From Protoeuglena noctilucae (lineage: Eukaryota), in contig OY253681.1 of NCBI GenBank assembly GCA_958009085.1, positions 248,001 through 312,000 of the forward strand: a stretch of 64,000 bases of DNA, read 5' to 3'. The notes beneath the pieces were generated by a model that ran no database searches, had not been told where the DNA came from, and saw nothing but the letters and a program-made list of their open reading frames with translations. Both the position numbers and the translations under genes were made by a program. Positions 49,155 through 60,810 of the stretch are shown one piece after another (positions within the stretch are counted from its first letter, which is position 1; the number at the start of each line of letters is the position of its first letter).

Positions 49155-49807
49155 CAGCGTTTGTGCGATCCTTGATGCCAGTCAGGCGTTCCGGCAGCCT
49201 GGGCGTCAATGAAGCTCGCTGGGGCAAGACGCAGGGGCGGAAACGTGTGATGCGGTATGGATGAAGCGGCTAACAGCTGACACGCGAGGTCCTGGGTGCT
49301 TGATGCGGTCGAGCGTCCCAGCGCTGATAAGCAAGCTGGCCAATCGGCAACCAGGCACTTGCAAATTGGCCCGTGGCGTCGACTGGCGGTGCCGCTGTCA
49401 TTTGCCCATCGCGGTCTTGCCCGGCGGCCATCAACAGCTGCTCTGCGCTTCGCTCTGCATTCGCCAGTGCCCACTGCCTCCCTCAAGCCAGCCAAGGCAG
49501 CGGATTCCTGAAATCCGGCCATCTTTCAGCTCGACTGCACCCAGCCACTCCCTTTCCTCTCCAGCGATCCCTGAGCTGTCACTTGCTGAATACCGCGTGC
49601 GGCTTGGTGGGTCACCCGCGAGATGCAGCGCGCCGCGGCAGGCGCGCTGAGGGCCCTCCCCAGCGTGGAGCGGGCCGCCGGGGCGTGCTCGACCTCTGGG
49701 TCCTCTTCCGCGTTCGCCGGGTGAGCGGTTGCTCGCAGCTTGTTGGTCATCCGCCAAAGCGACCGCGGGGGGCGTCCCTACCCTTTCACAGAGCCGACCA
49801 ACCCGTC

Positions 49808-50792
49808 ATGATGCGCAGGGCGCTGGGGGATTCGCTCCGTGCGCCGGGCGTTTTCTTCCAAGCTCGAGGGGCCAAGTCTAGACGCATGGTCGAGGTCATC
49901 CTGCTCGAGGATGTGGCGGGACTGGGGATCGCAGGCCACATCGTCCGCGTGAAGCCTGGCCGGTGACATTCGCTGCGCCCCGCGCGCATCTGGCTCGATC
50001 TCCGCTTTCGCATGTCGAAGAGATGCGTGGTGAGCCACGTCGCTGCGTGTTGCCTCCACTGAGCGCCGCCCGCTGCGTCGGCGTCTGCAGCGCACACAAC
50101 TACCTCATCCCGACCGAGGCGGCCAAGTACAACACCTACGAGAACCGCCACCGATACAAGGAGTTGATTGATGCAGCGGGGGATGTGAAGCTGACCGCCA
50201 CGCGTGACGAGGCGGACGCGGAAGTGGACCGGATCCGGCTCGCCGTCAGGCTGCTACGGCGAGTCAGCGAGCGCCGCTTGGGCCGCCGCTGTGCGCTCGT
50301 GCGCTTCGTCTGACATCGTATGATAGCATCCTGCCCCCCGATGGCGCGCGCAGGTCCGCCCCGGTCAACTTGCGCGCCCCGCCCGACACGTCGAGCGGTG
50401 TGAGCAATCTGCGGCTGTACACGCGCCATCATGTCACCGCCGAAGTGCTCAGCCACGAGGTCCTCCGACAGCTGGGCGTCGACCTGCCCCCGCGGGCTTT
50501 CGATATGAAGGTGCGCGCAGAGCGGCTGATGGATGGCCCATTCATGATGGCAGCCCACAGACCTGCCACCTGCAACGTTCCACTAACATCGCGCAAGCTA
50601 TCTGCGCCCCCGCAGGAGCCGATCCGGACATTCGGGGAGTTCAAGGTCCCCCTGCGCTTCACGCAGCTGTCGGAGGAAGGGCTGGCGGTGCGCCCATCGC
50701 TGTTGGTGAACGTCCGCAGGGTGGCGACGAAGAAGCTCGGCCAAGCGACTGCGACAGACGCCGGGGCCGCACCCGCCGCCGATAAGAGCTAG
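49808..50792 (+). CDS. Ribosomal protein bL9, probably mitochondrial
   Basis: VEVILLEDVAGLG..GHIVRVKPGRAHNYLIP; VTAE; EPIRTFGEFKVPL; 4 exons. Confidence 0.88.
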
Positions 50793-51033
50793 CAGCGGCC
50801 GTTGTCCCACGCATGCCTTCAAAACGCGACACTACCGACACTGGCACGTTCCCGGCCAGCCCCGTCGCTGAGCGGGCCTGGCGCGGACAGGCAGCCTCTC
50901 GCTCGTGCCATCCCAGCTCCAGCTTGCTTCCCACCCCGACCCCACCCGTCACTCGTCATGACTGATGAGCGGTGCCGCTCCTTCCCCATGACCGACCCCG
51001 TCACTGTCCGTCGTCCATCATAATCAGTCGTGG

Positions 51034-51231
51034 TCAGTCGTGCTTGCGGTTCAGCTCCATCTTGGTGTACCGCCGCACGGTGTGGAGGTCGGGGGACCTC
51101 CCCGCCCGCAGCCCTTGGCTGCGCGCCCGAAGAGCCCGCAGGTCGGCGAGCTCCTGGGCGGCGACCATGCCCGGGCCTGCCTCTGATCTCTGCGCGGCGC
51201 TGATGATGTCCAGGGCGTCGTGCGCCTCCAT
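51034..51231 (-). CDS. Small 65-aa ORF (MEAHDALD...NRKHD), possibly a readthrough extension or second cistron
   Basis: Coding-like codon usage; preceded by an in-frame acceptor ccgccgcag at 51265; same frame as the upstream TAG at 51436. Confidence 0.4.
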   Translation of the reverse strand: MEAHDALDIISAAQRSEAGPGMVAAQELADLRALRARSQGLRAGRSPDLHTVRRYTKMELNRKHD

Positions 51232-51435
51232 CGCCCGGTTCGGCTGCAGCTTGACAAAGCCAGACTGCGGCGGGGGAGCAATGGTGGGGCATGCCGCGGG
51301 ACCAGTGCATGCACCCTCTCTCCGTCGCCACAAATGGGGCTTGCTTTGATGAATCGAACTTGCATCAATAGACCGGCATTCACTGACACGCTCGCCCACC
51401 TCAGAGAACCCCAACGGCAGACCCAGGCCGTACCC

Positions 51436-52895
51436 CTAGGCGACCTTGGACTTGGAGTAGAGGAGCGTGTCCTTGACCAAAGGCATGTTGACCAGCGCTG
51501 CGAGTGGGTGGGGAAATGCATGATGGGTGGATGATGGGTGATGGGGTTCCACACTCTGACTCCCGCTGCCAAGGGAAAGCGTCTTCTTTTGTCTCTGTGA
51601 ATGGCACTGTCATGCATATGCGCTCGTCGCGTGCGAGCGTGCACGCACCGTTGATGCCGGCCCCGATGGCGACGGCCACGAGGAGTGCCACGAGCACGGC
51701 GACCATCAGCGTCGTCCACTGAGCCGGCGTGCGGCCCGCGGACGTCGCCTGAAGGGCCCGGCGGGCGGGGGCCGCGGCGGCTGCCTGGGCCGCCCGCCAC
51801 CGTGCCAGCTCCTCCGCCCCGGTCGCACCGCCCGCCTCCAGCCCCGTCGCCACCACCACGACGGCGTCCGACCCGCCGGCCTCCCGCAGGACCTGGCGCA
51901 GCGCCTCGGCGGCACCGGCGGCCTGGGCAGAGTCGGGACCGTAAGCGTCCGCCACCGCCTGCATCGACACCACCAGCCCCTGCGCGATCCCCGACCCCTT
52001 GCGCGCGCCGCGGAGGATCCCCGCGAGGTCCCCGACCAGCAGCCGGCCCGCCTCCGAGCCCAGCGGCAGGGACGCGCCGTTGGGAAGGACCAACGACTCC
52101 CCGTCCGCCGACACGGTGCACCCCGCCGCAGCGACGCCGGCCTCGAAAGCCCGCGCGCGGTCCCCCGCAGACAGACGCTCGAGCGCCAGGAAATCGGCGT
52201 CAGAGGGCCCCGGGAGCGCCGGAGCGACCGCCGAGGACGTCAGCCCCACCGTGACCTCCCCGCCCAGGCCTGCAGCGGCGCATCAAGTGCGTGTGGGCTG
52301 CCGGGCTGGCGCGGCGCAGTGCGGAGTGTTACAAGCGATGCGCAGCTCACCCAGCGGCACCACGTTGGAGCCCTGGACGACTTGGAGGACGAGGAGCGTG
52401 TCGGGGATGCCAAACAGGTCGTCCGTCAGCAGCCCGTCCATCTGTGGTAGCCGGAACGCAAGCGCGATGATTCACATCCACGTCTGCGACTGCTGAGGGC
52501 GCGCGGGCCCGCATCGCGCCCTCGCGGAGAGCGTCCCATGCTACGTCAGTTCGCTGGCCCTAGCGTGGCGCGGAGCGCCTGAGGCTGCACTCCCCGCACG
52601 CAGCTGGGTGCCACGACAACTCATCATCGCGACTGGCCATCCTTCTTTGTCATGTACGGGCGCCGGGAGCGGGAATCACCTCTTGAGACTTGGGGTCCCC
52701 CGACTCGGACGGCGCGAGGCCCGCCAGCGACACGAGCATGTGGCGCAGCGAGTCAGCATCCGTCTCTCCTCGCTCCACGAGCCCCGCGGGCTTCAGGTAC
52801 GCCCCAGAGACGTCGGCCAGGGTCACCTCGGGCCGAGCGCCCGAGAGCCCCGCCAGGGCCAGGCTCAGGCACAGACCCCACAACAGCGATTTCAT
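51436..52895 (-). CDS. Type I membrane protein, V-ATPase accessory ATP6AP2/renin-receptor-like
   Basis: Signal peptide MKSLLWGLCLSLALAG; DLFGIP; RRAL processing-like site; one TM helix; C-terminal NMPLVKDTLLYSK resembling the plant MPLTRDTLLY tail. Confidence 0.7.
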
Positions 52896-53678
52896 TTTTG
52901 GATGGAACGATGATTCCAGCCAAGTCGCGACCTCTAAACGGACCAGCGGGGCCCGGGTGCCTCTGGCACGAGGTCCTGCAGGGTTTTTTCGCCGAAACGA
53001 CCCATCTGCAGGGCCCCCCGACCAAACACTACGTATGTGTTGTCGCAGGTGCCGCATCCCGCCTGTGTCGTACCCGCACAGCCCCGCGCCTCAGAAAAGC
53101 AGCGAAGGTGACGACCGGGTGGGTCAGCGCGCTCGCCCGCTTCTACGCTGAGAGTATGCGATGGCTGAACCCGGACGGGGCCGTCGTTGCACGATGCGGT
53201 GCACCAGGACGTCGTGGAGACATTGGGCGCGGCAACATGCGCCCCGTTTTCGCGGCGGGGCGAGTCCTTCCCTGTGCATGGGACCCTTCGCCGATTCTTT
53301 GGAATCTACAGGGCTCACCGACGAAGGCTGACTGCTTTTCGATCAGCCCTGTGGCTTCGCTGCTCCATTCCATTTCGTTGCGTTCCGGCGTTGCCCGCAG
53401 GCACTGCGTTTGCGTGGACGGGCATCTCGAGCTCGCTCGGGTCGTGGTGCCTCGCGCTAGGCCCGGCAGGGCAACTTTCTTTCCGCGTCTCGGGGGGGGC
53501 GAGGAAGGTGACATTTGCGGCATTCAAAGTCCAAGCCCCGCGCGTGCCTTCAGCGTGAAGGCAGCAAGCATCGCGCTCACCTGTATCATCATCTTTCGCG
53601 ACGCCTGTTCGCGAATGCGCTGCTCGCCTGCTTCACCCAGGGGGCCAGGGGGCACGCCTGCATCTCGTCACGGTTTCG

Positions 53679-56600
53679 ATGGACGGGGGCGCCGGGGACG
53701 CGGCCCGGGTCCCGCCGGGGACCCGCGACAGCCGCGAGGATGAGGATCCCATGGCGGACGTGGGGCCGGAGGAGTCGGACGTGTTCGGCTCGGACGGCGC
53801 CATGCACCCGGACCACCCGCTGCTTGCGCGCGCCCAGGCCGCGCTCAAGCAGCAGCTCGAGGAGGCCCGGACGCGTCTCAAGGATCAGCTGCGGGAGCTC
53901 TCCGAAGAGCTGAAGGTGCGCTGCGGCCCGGCGGACGCGCGTGGGGCCGCATTGATGCGGGCCTGCGCGGGCAGCTGCGTTGACGAGCCCTTCACAGCGC
54001 GCGCGCGTCCGGGCCCCCGCAGCACACGAAGAAGAACCGCGAGGACATCGGCGTGGAGCTCTACGGGGCGCAGCAGCAGCTCGCGAACCTGCAGATGGCT
54101 CTGGAGAAGGCGCAGGAGAATTACGAGCAGGTGGCGACCACGCGGCAGAAGGCCGAAGAGGAGGTGCAGCGGATGCGCACTTTGGCCGAGAAGCAGACCG
54201 TGATGACGAAGGAGGAGGAGCGCAGGTGCAGCGGCGCGCGCGAGGCCGCATGGGCCGCAGCTGGCGTGGTGGGTGGGGCTGCCAATGTCCTTTTCCCTGC
54301 ACCTCTGCGCGCAGGGTCGACGCCTACCAGCGGGAGCTGGACCGTCTGGCGCTGACGCTGAAGCAGATAGAGAATTACAACGAGGAGATGAAGCGGGAGA
54401 TCGCCGTGACGCGGCGGGCCACGTACGCGGCGGAAGAGGCGGCACAGAAGCTCGAGAAGGACAAGATGCAGCAGGACCTGTACATCGATCGGCTGCAGGA
54501 GACGCTCAAGCAGAAACACCAGCAGCTCAGGTGCGACGGACAGACTACCGGGGATGCACCTGCACAACCCTCACCCTGCGCTTGCCTCTCTGAGCAGGCC
54601 TCCCCTGACCTCCCCTGTATTTCTTACCTCAATGCCTCATTTACCCTTCCCCCGCCATTTCGCGCGTGGCTCCCTCACCGTCCCGCTGCGCTCGCCCGTG
54701 CCCTGCAGCATGCTCAACATCCAGCTGGAAGCCCAGCGCAAGGAGACGCAGCAGGCGGTGGACACGCTGAACGAGGCGGCGCGGGAGATGGAGGCGATTC
54801 ACTTCGAGAAGAAGCAGCTGGCGCAGCAGTGGCGGTCGACGCTGGTGGCCATCTCGAAGCGCGACGAGGCGCTGGCGGCCACGGCCGAGGCCATCTCGCG
54901 GCAGCGGGAGCAGGAGCTGGCCTTGACGCAGGAGATCGCGGGCGTGAAGAAGGACATTGTGAAGGAGCAGCAGCGCAACGAGCAGCTGTCCGGGCTGCTG
55001 GGGAAGGTCCAGGCGGAGGCGGCGTATTTGACCAAGCAGATACGGGCGCTGCAGGCCAAGCAGGAGGCGGTGAAGGCGCAGTACGCGCATCTGAGCCGCG
55101 CGCTGGAGGACCTGCAGGGGGAGCTGGGCAAGGAGGAGCAGGAGGGGCGTCGGCTGGAGGCGGAGGTGTCGCGGCTGGACCGCCAGTATGTGCGTGTCAA
55201 CAACGACATCCAGGCCCTGGGGCAGGACCTGCTGGCGCGCGTCTCGGAGCAAGTGACGCTCGAGAAGAGCGCGCAGAAGGCCGTGGAGGTCACGCGGGGG
55301 CTGCAGGAGCGCGTGCGGCAGGAGGAGCTGGGGGCGATCGCTTTACAGAACGAACTGGCAAAAGTGGAGATCGACGTGCTCAACACGCAGAGCCACAACG
55401 ACCAGCTGCAGAAGACGCTGCAGCTGCTCGATGAGGAGCTGCAGGAGAAGGCGCGGACGATCGACAAGTATCAGCAGGAGATACGCAGGAGGTGAGGGGT
55501 GGAGGGGTGTGGGGTGTGTGACAGATGAGCGAGCGAGCGTGTGTGTGTATGTGAGGCCAGTACCAGCAGGAGATACGCAGGAGGTGAGGGGTGCGGGGTG
55601 GGTGTTGAGTGGATGTGATTGTCAGCAAAAGATACGCAGGAGGTGAGGGATGACGGTGGGTGGGGTGGGTGTGAAGTGGATGTGATTGCCAGAAGGAGAT
55701 ACGCAGGAGGTGAGGGTGTTGCATGAAGGGGTTGGCTGGGTGTGGGAGATGAGGGCGAGGCGCACATTGCCTGATGTGATGGGGCTAGGTTGTTGGGTTC
55801 GTAGTAACTTACAGAGCGCAGAGTGCATTAAAGACTGCTCCATGGCCCTGCCACGCACCTACTCACCTGCCCATGCATCCCAACACACCCCCACAGGAAC
55901 GATGAGATTGACAAGAAGGCCAAGTATGTGGATATTCTCAACAAGCAGTACGACCGATTGACGGCCAACATGGAGGACGAGAATGTGGGACCGTTGGAAG
56001 CCACGATCAAGAATTTGCAAAAGGAGATCACGCAGAAGGCCGTCGAGGGCAAGGCCCTTCAGCGTCGGTGGATCCAATTCCAGACGCAGCTGGTGGCGGT
56101 GGTGCACGAGAACAACGCCTTGGAGGAGAAGACCACCCGGCAGAAGTCGGAGCACACCGTGGTGCAGCACAAGCGCGCCAGAATGGAGCGCCAGTACGAG
56201 GCGGCGGTGAAGGACATCCGGGAGCTGGAGACGGCGATGGCCCGCATGCAGAACGAAATGACGAGGATCAACGAGCTTATCGCCAAGAACTCGGAGCTGC
56301 AGGAGGCGCTGCAGGTGAGGGATGAGGGCAGGGGTGTGTGTGGGGTGGTGGGGTCGTTGGTTGTGGTGTGAGGGAACGTGCTGCAGGTGACAGTGAGGGG
56401 TGGGTTTGTTGCGGTGATGAGGGCGAACGTGCTGCAAATGACAGTAGAGGAGGGAAGAGGGGTTGGTAGTGAGGGAAGGGCTTTGGACTGGCACCCTGCC
56501 GCGCCTCACAAGCGTTGCCCACCACTCCGCCACCCCCCTTGTTCACCACTAACCCACCCTCCCGCTCCCCCCCTCTTCTAAACCGCAGAACGACAACTTC

Positions 56601-57862
56601 AACCTCGAGGGCAAGATTCTCGCTGACTTGAAGGAGATGGAGGAGGAGGCGTCCCGACTGGAGTCCCGCATTGCGCAGTGCAAGGAGGACAAGCGGGGCC
56701 TGATGGCCGAGGTGGTGGAGACGGAGCGTCACGTGATGCTGTGGGAGCGGAAGCTGCAGCTAGAGAGGGAGATGCAGGACGCGATAGACCCCGACGTGGG
56801 CAACGAGGTGGTGGGGGCCATGCGCAAAGAGATCCACCGCATGCGGCTGCGGCTGGAGGAGCTCGTGAGGCTGCAGGAGCGGCTGATCGGGGAGATGGAG
56901 AGGGGCATCGTGAAGAGGGAGATCATTGCGACCAAGGGGCGGTCGGCGGCCGCTAAGAAGGGGGGGCTCGAGTCGACCGTTGCGGGGCTCAAGAAGCAGG
57001 TGGGTGGTGGGGGTGGTGGGCTGGTGGTGGTGGGGGTGGTGGTGGTCGGGTGGTGGGGTAGCTGTCGTGGAGTGGTGGTGCGGGTGGTGGTGCTGGCGAT
57101 TGTGGTTGGGGCTGTGCTGGGCAGTGGTCACTCCCTCACCCTCCCCCCCACCCTCACCCTCACCTCTCACTCTCTCAGATGTCCGAGCTCAAGCGTTCGA
57201 TCCGCGAGACGGAGCGTGAGGCGGCGGCGACCGACGACCGCGTCCGGGAGCTGGAGCAGATGCGGGCGGCCGTCGCAGAGGAGAGCGAGAGGGTCTCTAG
57301 CCGGTGCTATGCCTTGCGGCAGGAGGAGGAGGATCTGAGGCAGGCGCTGGTGGCGTCGAACGCGGCCAAGACGCGCGCGCTGGTGCAGGCCGCGACGCTG
57401 CAGCGGCTGGCCAAGCGATACGAGGAGGCGGCGGCGGGGAGGCACCGGCACGCGGTCGCGTCGCTGCAGGTGGGGGGCGGGGTGTTGGGGTGGGGGTGGG
57501 GTGGATAGAGGGAGGGTTGGATTGGTGGTTACGTGGACTAGCGGGGTTGATAGAGGGATGGATAGATAGTGGCATTGATGCGCAGACTGGTGGGGTGCGA
57601 TGACGATGGACGGATGCGACGGTTGCGGATGGTGGCAAGTGCTATCCCCAGAGATCTGTGTGTGGTCTAGTCTCTCTCTCTGTGTGTGTATCTGACAGTT
57701 CACATGCCCTCAACCCGACCCCCCCAGGTCCCCGACCTGGAGCGTGAGATGGCGGCGGCGGAGGACGCGAGGGGTCGCATCCTGCAGGCACTGCACGCCC
57801 TGCGCCTCAACAACCCGGAGCTGGGGCAGGTGTTCGATCGACTCATCGCACAGGCATCGTAG
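53679..57862 (+). CDS. CCDC40: Coiled-coil domain-containing protein 40 (axonemal 96-nm ruler)
   Basis: HPDHPLLARAQAAL, REDIGVELYGAQQQLA, EIAVTRRATY, QQDLYIDRL, GPLEATI, LWERKLQLERE, MRKEIHRM.LR. Confidence 0.93.
55470..55716 (+). repeat. Four copies of exon end + 5' splice site in a CCDC40 intron
   Basis: CAG(C/A)A(G/A)(G/A)AGATACGCAGGAG|GTGAGG at the true donor (55492) and near 55564, 55623 and 55690. Confidence 0.9.
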
Positions 57863-58094
57863 ATTGGGGGCATCTTGGGACGCGGTATTTGCTACTGATG
57901 GTGTCTGGGGGTGGCGATCGTGATTCAGCGTCTTGAAGCGGAAAATGGTGTTGAAATGATCGGGGATGTCACAGTTGTTCACAACTTTTCAGTACTGACA
58001 TACGCACGCTGTTCAAAGGCAGCAACCCGAACCCACCCCAGCAATCCGCACCCCGTCACTCCCCACCCCACCGCACCCCACCTTGCCACCCCCC

Positions 58095-60398
58095 TCACCG
58101 CCCCTCCCCCTGCTCCCCCCCCTCACTACCCCCCCGCTGCGCCTTTTGAAACGCCTCCAACCTCGCCGCCATCTCCCTCAACTTCCTCTCTTTCTCACCC
58201 TCCACATCACCACCATCACTACCGCCCCCACCACCACCACCGCCACCCTGCTTCGTCGGCGGCGCCGCCCCCTCCGCAAACTCCCAGGTAGGGTAAGCCA
58301 ACCGCTCCACAAAAGCACTCGCGTTGTTAACAGCCACCTTGGCGTCCGCCCAGTCGACCGCATCGCCCCGCGACCGCGCTTTCAAAAACGCCAGTGCGAA
58401 TTTGAATCCCTTCTCGTCGTCCGTCGCGCTCGTCACGCGCCCGCACTGCTCTCCGCGATCGTCAGTGACTGGGTCACCGGGGCTGCACGTGGCGCCGTAT
58501 TGCAATCGCAAGCCCCACAATCGCATCTTGTGCGCTCCCAGGTTGTGGGCCTTGGAAAGGGTCTCTTGGCCCACATAGCAGCCCTTGTTCAGGGACACGG
58601 CGTGGTACAGGCCGGCTTCCAAAGGGGTCCGGTCCTGAGGGAGGGGTGGGGTGCGGAGGGGTGGTGGGTGGGTGCTGAGGGGATGGTGGGTGGGTGCGGA
58701 AGTGGCTGTGGTTGTAGGTGGGCCGACCATGTCAACTCGACCATCGCTCGTACTGTCGACATGACAGTCAATCCATCATTCAATCTGTCCGCCCGTCTCA
58801 CCTCCACAATGTCTGCTGACCCAAAGAAGCGCACAGCACAATTTTTACACACACACACACACACACCCCTCTCGTCTGCTCCACCCAGCCCCTGTCATCT
58901 CACCCAGCCCCGTAATCTCTCACCTCGGTGATTTCTGTGCCAACGGCCGGCCTCCCCTGCAGCACGCGCGCCCTCTCCCACGCGACGCTGCCCATGGGAA
59001 TGCTGCCGCGGAGCACCAACTGCCGCCAGAGCTCACTGTGTTGGTGGAGGAGATATGGGAGATGGGCGTGAGAATGTCTAGTGGCTGTGTGTGTTTGCAA
59101 TCCTCACAGTTAGTACCGCCACTGTTATTCTCGCTCAACCCCACCAACCCTCCTCACCCCACCACTGCCTCGTCCGCCACCATCGTGAACCCATCACTGT
59201 TACCGTAATCACTGTTACTCTCACCACCACTGTCACTCCAGTCATTGCTACTCTCACCCCACCACCGCCTCGTCCGCGACCATTGTGAACCCCGCCCCCC
59301 TCATCCCCGCCCCCTTGGCCAGCTGCACGGGCGACCCCTGGAAGTTCAAAAGCACGTGGGTGTGCTCCGCACGTTCCGTGATCAGATCACGTGCCACGCG
59401 CAGCTCCTCCAGAATGGGAACGGACTCGGGGCCCACCAGTGCTGCGGGGGGTGCGGGTGGGGGAAGGTGATGTGGGGGAGGGTGGTGGGTTGGCTGAGAG
59501 AGGTGTGTAGCACGAGCAATGGGTGCCTTGTCACTTGCAATGCCTATCATGTCCCGATACCACTGCCACTAATCACGCTTGTTCCAGGCCAACACCACCC
59601 ATTCTCTCACCAATCATGCCCGTCTTGCTCGTCACGTCCTGCACTTGCACGTCGTCCGCAGGGAAGACGTACTTGTCCAGCCTCTCCTTGATCACTGGAC
59701 CCATCCCCGGGGACAGACACACCAGGAAAGAGTTGGACTGGGAGTACACTGTGGCCAAGTCCAGCAGTCGGCCCTGGGGCGTCACGAAGCACGTTTCGCA
59801 CCCAGACCCCGGGGGCAGGCCCGCCACGGCGTTCGTGCTCTGGTCGTGCAGGAAACGGCGCGCGTCGCGGCCCGCCACGCGCAGGCGGCTGTGGTGGGAG
59901 AGGTCTGCGGTGGCGGGACGGGGAGCGTGAGCATCACAACGACTTGTGAGGCTCGCGGATCGACAAGCACAGGACTCAACTGAACGAGAATGGCACATAA
60001 ATTATATTCTTTAAATTTAATTAACTAGTAATCTCACCGACCAGCGCGGCGCCCGTCTCGAGCGCCTGCATCGCTTGCTCGTCGTTGCCAAACGTCACCG
60101 CCACGCCATTCTCGTCGAACGTGGCCCCGGCCTCCTCCTGCCAGTGCCTCGCGTCCGCGCCAATGTCCACTTCCTCCAAAAGGGCGTCGAGGTCCAGCGG
60201 CGCGCCCGGGTCCGGGCCCGCACACCTCCCCACGTCCCTCGACCCTCGCCGCCTCCCGCCCTGGATCTTTCCCCCGCCCCAGGTCCTCCCGCATCCTAGT
60301 TGACGAACGTCACGACGCGACGGGATGGCCCGCGTCCCTCGCAGACCTCCCGCCGCGCGCGCGCGAGCGAGCGAAGGGCTCGCCGCCACCGCTGCCAT
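58095..60398 (-). CDS. YgfZ/GcvT-family folate-binding protein with transit peptide
   Basis: DLSHHSRLRVAGRDARRFLHDQSTN, TPQGR, LDKYVFPADDV, PLEAGL..AVSLNKGCYVGQE, GRVTS. Confidence 0.92.
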
Positions 60399-60810
60399 CC
60401 TCCGACCGCGGCTGCCGCCTGGATGCCTGTTGGGTTAAGGTCGCGGTTGCTTTTGGGGAAAAGGAAGCACTAAAGTTCCTCTGGTTTGCCGAAGATCGCG
60501 ACTGCTCGGCCCAGCAAGCGACAAGACTGCGATCCGTTTGGAGCGCACGCGTGGGCGAGTATACGGGTCGGCAGACGACTGCAAGCCTTCAGGTAAGCGT
60601 TAATCGCCACGCGGCGGTGACCCGAAGTCCTGATAACCCGTCAGTTGGGCCTGAACAAGCTGCGGTTCCTGCGCGAGAACCGCTGTGTCGCCCGCCCTGA
60701 CCTACGCCCCAGTCTTGGCATTCCACGTGTGATTTTGTATTGTCCTCTATGCTTGCACGCTTCTATCATGTCGTAACAGTAGCTGAGCACGCCCACCTGG
60801 TTAGCATTTG

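Noticed and set aside
52652..53743. 363-aa plus-strand ORF upstream of CCDC40
   Set aside because: Overlaps both flanking genes, lacks coding-like composition and probably spans the divergent promoter.
55470..55716. Repeat-spacer pattern resembling a CRISPR array
   Set aside because: The repeat is the host exon end plus donor, spacers are low-complexity and uneven, there are no cas genes and the context is eukaryotic.
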